This document shows, one piece after another, positions 58,829-64,000 of a DNA stretch of 64,000 nucleotides (position 1 is the stretch's first letter; every line of letters begins with the position of its first letter). The stretch is taken from assembly GCA_964291315.2 (NCBI GenBank), contig OZ219753.1, positions 2,112,001 to 2,176,000 of the forward strand, in the 5' to 3' direction. The translations under genes and the position numbers were made by a program. This DNA comes from Candidatus Poribacteria bacterium (lineage in GTDB: Bacteria; Poribacteria; WGA-4E; WGA-3G). A model generated the notes under the pieces. That model was not told the origin of the DNA and did not search any database. It worked only from the letters and a program-made list of their open reading frames with translations.

Positions 58829-59449
58829 TTAGCGATGTGCTGCAACGATAAAACCTGTCAAGCCTGCAAGTAGCAGGTGGAACCCGGTTTGATAGAGCAG
58901 CATTAGAAAGGGTTGGCAGAGTGAAATTAAACCGAACGCAATTAAGCCGATGGATATCCGTTCACATAGAGCCTTCTGCGAAAAAACGATCGAAAAAACA
59001 ATTATTCCCGGTAGAAGTAGATACAAGGCGGTTCCGGCGAGCGATGGGAAGAAGGGTTGATAAAGGAAAACGATACCGGTACACACAAGGAGTGCTGAAC
59101 CGATCGTTGCAATTCGCTTCGTTGCGGTTGTCATCCCAAACGCGATGGCTGAAGCAAACAAGAGGTGAAATGCCGAACCGCTCAGAATTGAGGGAACAGG
59201 TAGATAGAGAAAAACGAATCCGATTGCTAAGCCGATACCGGATATCCGTGCAATTCGCTGTTTGTCCTCGAAAAATGCCCCAACCAAAATTGCAGCAATG
59301 CTCAGCAGCACGAACGCGAGGCCTTTAAGCAAAACAGCGTTTTTAACAAGCAAAGACGGAGCGGGTGCACTACCCGTTGCATAGAGAAATATAGTGCCGA
59401 GGACAAAGAATCCGGGCGCAAGCAGCTGGTTCCGTTTCCGTTTTCGCAT
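58829..59449 (-). CDS. Hypothetical polytopic membrane protein
   Basis: About 8 hydrophobic segments with a repeated helix-pair pattern (FLYLPVP/FLYQPF/LCQPF). Confidence 0.7.
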   Translation of the reverse strand: MRKRKRNQLLAPGFFVLGTIFLYATGSAPAPSLLVKNAVLLKGLAFVLLSIAAILVGAFFEDKQRIARISGIGLAIGFVFLYLPVPSILSGSAFHLLFASAIAFGMTTATKRIATIGSALLVCTGIVFLYQPFFPSLAGTALYLLLPGIIVFSIVFSQKALCERISIGLIAFGLISLCQPFLMLLYQTGFHLLLAGLTGFIVAAHR

Positions 59450-59504
59450 AGCGGTTTTAATAACCTGTGAAAGTTCTAATTTTAGTCCTATTTGTTGAGG
59501 CTTC

Positions 59505-59969
59505 TCACCCTTTCCGTTTCAGCAGACGGCTTACCCATGTTTTAGGTTGTCTCTCACTCAATTGATTCGTTAGTTCGTTGATTTGTGCGGACAAATCCCC
59601 TTTTTCGCTTTGGAAAAATTCAACAGTTTCCCAAAGTTGCGTATTCTCTGCAATAAGTGCTCGATTCTCCGCTTCCAATTTGTCGCACGTTTCTTGCAGA
59701 TACGTGATATGAAAAATTTGGCAGCTGAGGTTTTCAATAATATCATCCGTAGGAATATTATAAGCGAGTTTTTTTATCAGCATTGCGAGTCCATCGACTC
59801 GCAATTGAATTTGTGGCTTCGGTGCGCCCCCCTTTTCCTTAGCAGGAGCAGAGACAACGCGGACATAAGTCTCAATCTCTACGTCTCTCCGTTCCAATGT
59901 CCGGGTGATGATGCCCTCTTCTACACCTATGATTTCGGAGATTTTCGAAGAGCTTATATAGAGATCCAT
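59505..59969 (-). CDS. Hypothetical protein: possible HTH, coiled coil, C-terminal amphipathic helix
   Basis: SSKISEIIGVEE..ITR, heptad region, terminal KTWVSRLLKRKG. Confidence 0.65.
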   Translation of the reverse strand: MDLYISSSKISEIIGVEEGIITRTLERRDVEIETYVRVVSAPAKEKGGAPKPQIQLRVDGLAMLIKKLAYNIPTDDIIENLSCQIFHITYLQETCDKLEAENRALIAENTQLWETVEFFQSEKGDLSAQINELTNQLSERQPKTWVSRLLKRKG

Positions 59970-60179
59970 TCCGCAGTTTCCTAATCCGCTTCTTTAGATA
60001 AAAGATTAATGGACTAACACTTATAATACCGTTCATCTGTTAAACAGACTCAAAAAATTATAACATATCTCAAATTATTTGACCAGTCGAAAATCGAGGT
60101 AGTTACGGATACGTTCGTGGGGGCCGTACAAAGCACGTCAGTGCACACAGCTTGATAGTAGTGATGTAAGAAGCGAAGC

Positions 60180-60917
60180 TTATGAGATTCCATCCCAATA
60201 TTTCCACATATTGTTAGGTGTTTCAAATTTAATCTGGTCCAAATCTGTTCGGCAGTATCTACCGATAAGCGCGATTCTAACGTTGCTCCCGCAGTTCGGA
60301 CCTGCGGTATGACTCATCTGGTGGTGCCAGAAACAGACATCGCCGGCTTCGCCTCTGAATTCATAGCTGGGTCCTAAATCAAAGGGGGCGACACCGCCGG
60401 GGAGACTGTCCAAGTCGTGGTGTCTGAAATACTCTGCCCAGATCAGATGGCTGCCAGGCCAGACGGTAAATCCGCCTCCTAGTTTTTCAACTGTGTCGAG
60501 ATAGACGGTCGCGCCGAGTGTGAAGGAACCGACAACGCCTTTCGGAACACCGTTGGTAGGGGTGTGGTAGCCATCAAGATGTCCTATGGGTTCGCGCCAT
60601 TCTCTGTCTGGATCCGGGAAATTGATATGCGGTCCCGCTCCGCCTCCTGTGTTCAATGTGTTTTTGCCAACCAGCTCCTCGCCCATGGCAAAGACACGGT
60701 TTCCGTATATTGTGCTGCGAATAGCGTCTTCGCCGCCGACAGGCACCGTGCGGTAACCTTTACGAATCCAAGACTCTGGGGTGTTCCTATCTTCCTCGAG
60801 AACTTCCCAAATCCTATCGAGTGCGGCATCAACCTTTTCCGGTTCTACTGCCCGGCGTACAATCAGATAACCGTTTTCTTTAAAGAACGCTTTATTTTCT
60901 GCCGTTAGGTACGTCAT
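60180..60917 (-). CDS. PhyH family dioxygenase
   Basis: FFKENGYL, HLD, VWPGSH, AGDVCFWH..SH. Confidence 0.88.
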   Translation of the reverse strand: MTYLTAENKAFFKENGYLIVRRAVEPEKVDAALDRIWEVLEEDRNTPESWIRKGYRTVPVGGEDAIRSTIYGNRVFAMGEELVGKNTLNTGGGAGPHINFPDPDREWREPIGHLDGYHTPTNGVPKGVVGSFTLGATVYLDTVEKLGGGFTVWPGSHLIWAEYFRHHDLDSLPGGVAPFDLGPSYEFRGEAGDVCFWHHQMSHTAGPNCGSNVRIALIGRYCRTDLDQIKFETPNNMWKYWDGIS

Positions 60918-60973
60918 AATTTAAGTACTCCTTTTGACTCGGAAATCCAACACATCTACGATCGAAAGGGCCG

Positions 60974-62098
60974 CTACATGCAGACCTCAAACCCATTTTC
61001 TTTTTGTGCTTTCTGGTAGGGTGTTTCCTCCAGATTCAGCCCGAAGCCGGGGCTCTGTGGCACGCTGACATAGCCATCAGAGATAGAATACCCGGAGTCG
61101 TCTAAGCCGGGTGTCGTCGCGTGATCCCATTCGACGAACTCGAACCGCTCGACCTTTGCTGCAAGGTGGCATGATACGTAATTTCCATAATGTCCACCAT
61201 AGTGGTGGGGGGCTGTGCCAACGTTAGATGCATCTAACTCAGGGCCCAACTCAAGCCAACGCGAGAAGCCGGGGTAGAAAATATCATATTGTACAATGTC
61301 AATAAGCCCCTCCTTTGCCCAATCCACAAGATGGGGTGACGCGCCGCCCTCGCCGTCAGCAATGCGGGTTTCCAAACCTTCAGCGTTCAGCCACTCCTTC
61401 AGGAGACTGTAAACCCGGGCATCTTCATGGAATGCCTCCTCCATCCAATAAACGTTCGAAGCCGCGGTGCCGCTGAGCACCTGCTTGGTGAGGTTGAGAT
61501 TATAGCCGTTATTTGCATCTATCAAAATCGTAGCATCGCCACCAACTGCCTCTCGCACGGCATGGATAACATCAATGTCGCGCTGTGTGCCTTTGTCAAG
61601 TGGCATGTGCATCGCGCCGCGTCCTACTTTGATTTTATAGGCGCTATGTCCGCGAGCTTTCCCTTCGAGTGCCTCAGAAGCGATAAGTGCAGCAGCTTCA
61701 ATGTTGTCTTCAAGATGCAGGTCATCAATATAAAGTGAAGTGTCGTAGCAGGGTGCGCGAAACGCCCCGTTCTGTCCAGAAAGCATCGTATAGACCGGTT
61801 TTTGCGCCAATGCGCCTACAAGGTCCCAGATCGGATACTCCAATATTCTGAATTCTTCCGTGACACCGTTCTCGATGTCAAATGCTTCACTAAGTTGAAA
61901 CCCGACGATCGCCTTCGCTTTTTCAGGCGAAATTGCGGAGAACCCGAAACCGATCGCGCCCCCCGTTGTTGTTATCCGGGCGATAGGCGGGCGTACCTGC
62001 AATCCATGCTCACCGAGTCTCGAATTGCAACCAGCTTTGCGGGGACGTTTGCCTGTCAACCGCGCCCATTCAATTCGTTCAATTCTTACGTTTTCCAA
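60974..62098 (-). CDS. Mandelate racemase/muconate lactonizing enzyme family protein
   Basis: WDLVG, KIKVGRG, IDANNG, WMEE, ADGE, PGFG. Confidence 0.9.
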   Translation of the reverse strand: MENVRIERIEWARLTGKRPRKAGCNSRLGEHGLQVRPPIARITTTGGAIGFGFSAISPEKAKAIVGFQLSEAFDIENGVTEEFRILEYPIWDLVGALAQKPVYTMLSGQNGAFRAPCYDTSLYIDDLHLEDNIEAAALIASEALEGKARGHSAYKIKVGRGAMHMPLDKGTQRDIDVIHAVREAVGGDATILIDANNGYNLNLTKQVLSGTAASNVYWMEEAFHEDARVYSLLKEWLNAEGLETRIADGEGGASPHLVDWAKEGLIDIVQYDIFYPGFSRWLELGPELDASNVGTAPHHYGGHYGNYVSCHLAAKVERFEFVEWDHATTPGLDDSGYSISDGYVSVPQSPGFGLNLEETPYQKAQKENGFEVCM

Positions 62099-62232
62099 TC
62101 TTACTGACCTCCGTAGATGTGTCTAACTAAATTGATCATTTCCATTTCTTACCTTTACCAATAGTATATTTTAACAAATAAGATAAGAAACCTGCAAATT
62201 AGGTTGAAAAAGATGGCGCTGGAAAATAGTGA

Positions 62233-62742
62233 CTACAATTGGGTTTCAAGCAGGGCGATGCTGTCCGGATCTAAACGGTGGTAGTTCTCAATCTCGTAGC
62301 GATTACCGTCAGCATCTTTAATAAATACTTGTCCATTTTCAAGGGAGACGACATCGTATCGGGTGCGCATACCAAAGGTAACGGGCCCGCGGTTTGTCTC
62401 TACTACCCACCGTGTGACGCCGAATTCTCCATCGAGTTCATGAATTTTGGTAATCTTCGGCATAAAATATCGTTTTCGCAGCTCGGACAAGAGGGTTTCC
62501 CCGGACTCTCTCGATAATTGTTTGATGTCTTGGATGATACCAATTTCCGCACCTTCGCTATCTAAAAGAGCGATATATTTGCTAGAATCGGTAAGCGGGA
62601 AGGATCGGACGGCTTCAACATTTGTGTGGCTAGCGCCATTCGGTAGTTCAACAGTGAGTTCTGCGAATGAATTCCTGGCAATCTTAACATTGGCAGCATC
62701 AAGGAATTGCACTTCATCGGTGATCTTTGTAGCTTTCTGCAT
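62233..62742 (-). CDS. DUF1854 domain protein
   Basis: RSFPLT..YI, EIGII, YFMPKI, WVVETNRG, DADGNRY, LD..S. Confidence 0.85.
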   Translation of the reverse strand: MQKATKITDEVQFLDAANVKIARNSFAELTVELPNGASHTNVEAVRSFPLTDSSKYIALLDSEGAEIGIIQDIKQLSRESGETLLSELRKRYFMPKITKIHELDGEFGVTRWVVETNRGPVTFGMRTRYDVVSLENGQVFIKDADGNRYEIENYHRLDPDSIALLETQL

Positions 62743-62824
62743 TACGTAGTTTCTCCTCCTTCTGTATCAAGAAAGACGGTTCTGGTGCAAGCTTTCAAGG
62801 CGCACACCAGAACGGTATATTTAC

Positions 62825-64000
62825 CTATAAGGCACGAATCTTTGACAATTCTGTCTGCTTATGACACAAGACTGCATAGGTTCCATCTTTGGCAAGCAGT
62901 TCTTCGTGTGTGCCGATTTCATCAACTTTCCCATCTTTTAGTACAACCAGGCGGTCGGCATACTTGAGCGTGGAAAGTCGATGTGCAATCGCAAAGACGG
63001 TACGCCCCCGGACAAGCCGTTCCAATGCTTCTTGGATATTCGACTCGGTCTCTGTATCGACAGATGATGTTGCTTCATCCAAGATGAGAATTCTCGGGTC
63101 TTTCAAGATAGCGCGCGCGATAGAAATCCGCTGGCGTTCACCGCCAGAGACGCGCGCGCCTCGTTCCCCGACCATCGTATCGTAGCCATCAGGGAACTTG
63201 ACGATAAATTCATGAGCATTCGCGGCTTTCGCTGCGGCAATAATTTCATGCCGAGTGGCCCCCGGTTTTGAGTACCCAATATTTTCAGCCACTGTGCCCT
63301 GGAACAAGAAAGGTTCTTGAAGGACCACACCTATCTGCTGTCTTAACATTTTCAGCTTAATATCACGGCTATCGCGTCCATCAATCTCTATTGAACCTTC
63401 ACTAGGGTCGTAGAAACGGGTAATTAGGTTAATCACAGTGCTTTTACCTGCTCCACTATGCCCAACAAGCCCGATCATCTCACCCGCTTTTGCACGAAAA
63501 CTGACACCGTTGACAGCGTTTTTCTCTGTATCATAAGAAAAGTAGACGTTCTTGAACTCAACATCACCTTTGATGTTTTCAAGACTAATAGCGTCTTTTC
63601 TATCCGCAACACTTGGTGGGGTGTCTATGACTTCAAAGACACGATCGGCAGAAGTTGCTGCTCGTATGAATCGTTCGTTCATCCGACAGAGCGTATTAAC
63701 TGGTATGAAGAACTGTCCCATGAGTCCTTGGAACACAGCGAGTTGCCCGAGAGTTAATGTGCCTCCGAAAATTTGCCCTCCTCCTACCAACCATATCAGA
63801 ATTGTACCAGAGTAAATAATAAATTCCATGATGGGGCGGTAGAGTGTCCACAACTTCGCTGCATTCATTTCTCCGGCAAACACCTGATGTGTCTTTTCAT
63901 TAAACCTACTCACCTCGTACCGTTCGCGTGCGAAGGCTTTAACGACCCGGACCCCTGGAATAGTGCTTGCCAATATAGTGCTGATATCAGCGTATCGTTT
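62825..64000 (-). CDS. ABC transporter permease/ATP-binding protein, 5'-truncated by window edge
   Basis: GHSGAGKS, SGGERQR, ILDEATS; frame open to the window end. Confidence 0.95.
   Translation of the reverse strand, partial: KRYADISTILASTIPGVRVVKAFARERYEVSRFNEKTHQVFAGEMNAAKLWTLYRPIMEFIIYSGTILIWLVGGGQIFGGTLTLGQLAVFQGLMGQFFIPVNTLCRMNERFIRAATSADRVFEVIDTPPSVADRKDAISLENIKGDVEFKNVYFSYDTEKNAVNGVSFRAKAGEMIGLVGHSGAGKSTVINLITRFYDPSEGSIEIDGRDSRDIKLKMLRQQIGVVLQEPFLFQGTVAENIGYSKPGATRHEIIAAAKAANAHEFIVKFPDGYDTMVGERGARVSGGERQRISIARAILKDPRILILDEATSSVDTETESNIQEALERLVRGRTVFAIAHRLSTLKYADRLVVLKDGKVDEIGTHEELLAKDGTYAVLCHKQTELSKIRAL

Overview
Bacterial chromosomal window. Gene content (PhyH dioxygenases, a sulfatase-like hydrolase, a DUF6785-like membrane protein, expanded FGE-sulfatase/CLec-fold proteins, lineage-type secreted proteins) suggests Candidatus Poribacteria; this is inference, no search was run. 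Housekeeping content: a complete F1Fo ATP synthase operon with a DUF1992 gene between atpG and atpD and an atypical c subunit; a DUF368-nadK-recN-ior-aroE-zapA run; recG; catabolic enzymes; a DUF1854/ABC pair. Three DNA methyltransferase/restriction genes are present, one split exactly at a G8 tract (candidate phase-variable type IIG enzyme). The most striking feature is a dispersed family of secreted, non-catalytic FGE/CLec-fold proteins (24667-28233, 41986-43866, 52592-52999, 53139-53226, 53303-54172). They show near-identical ~0.4-0.5 kb 5' ends, an identical palindrome before the RBS, an outward-facing inverted pair around an 8.6 kb segment holding both promoters (one tandemly duplicated), a fresh 888-bp domain duplication, fixed-length 24-aa hypervariable C-terminal windows with DGR-like codons, a shared post-stop hairpin, and two collapsed copies deleted up to the GFRC motif. 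Together these suggest an undescribed surface-binder diversification system. No reverse transcriptase, template repeat, recombinase, CRISPR, rRNA or tRNA was seen.
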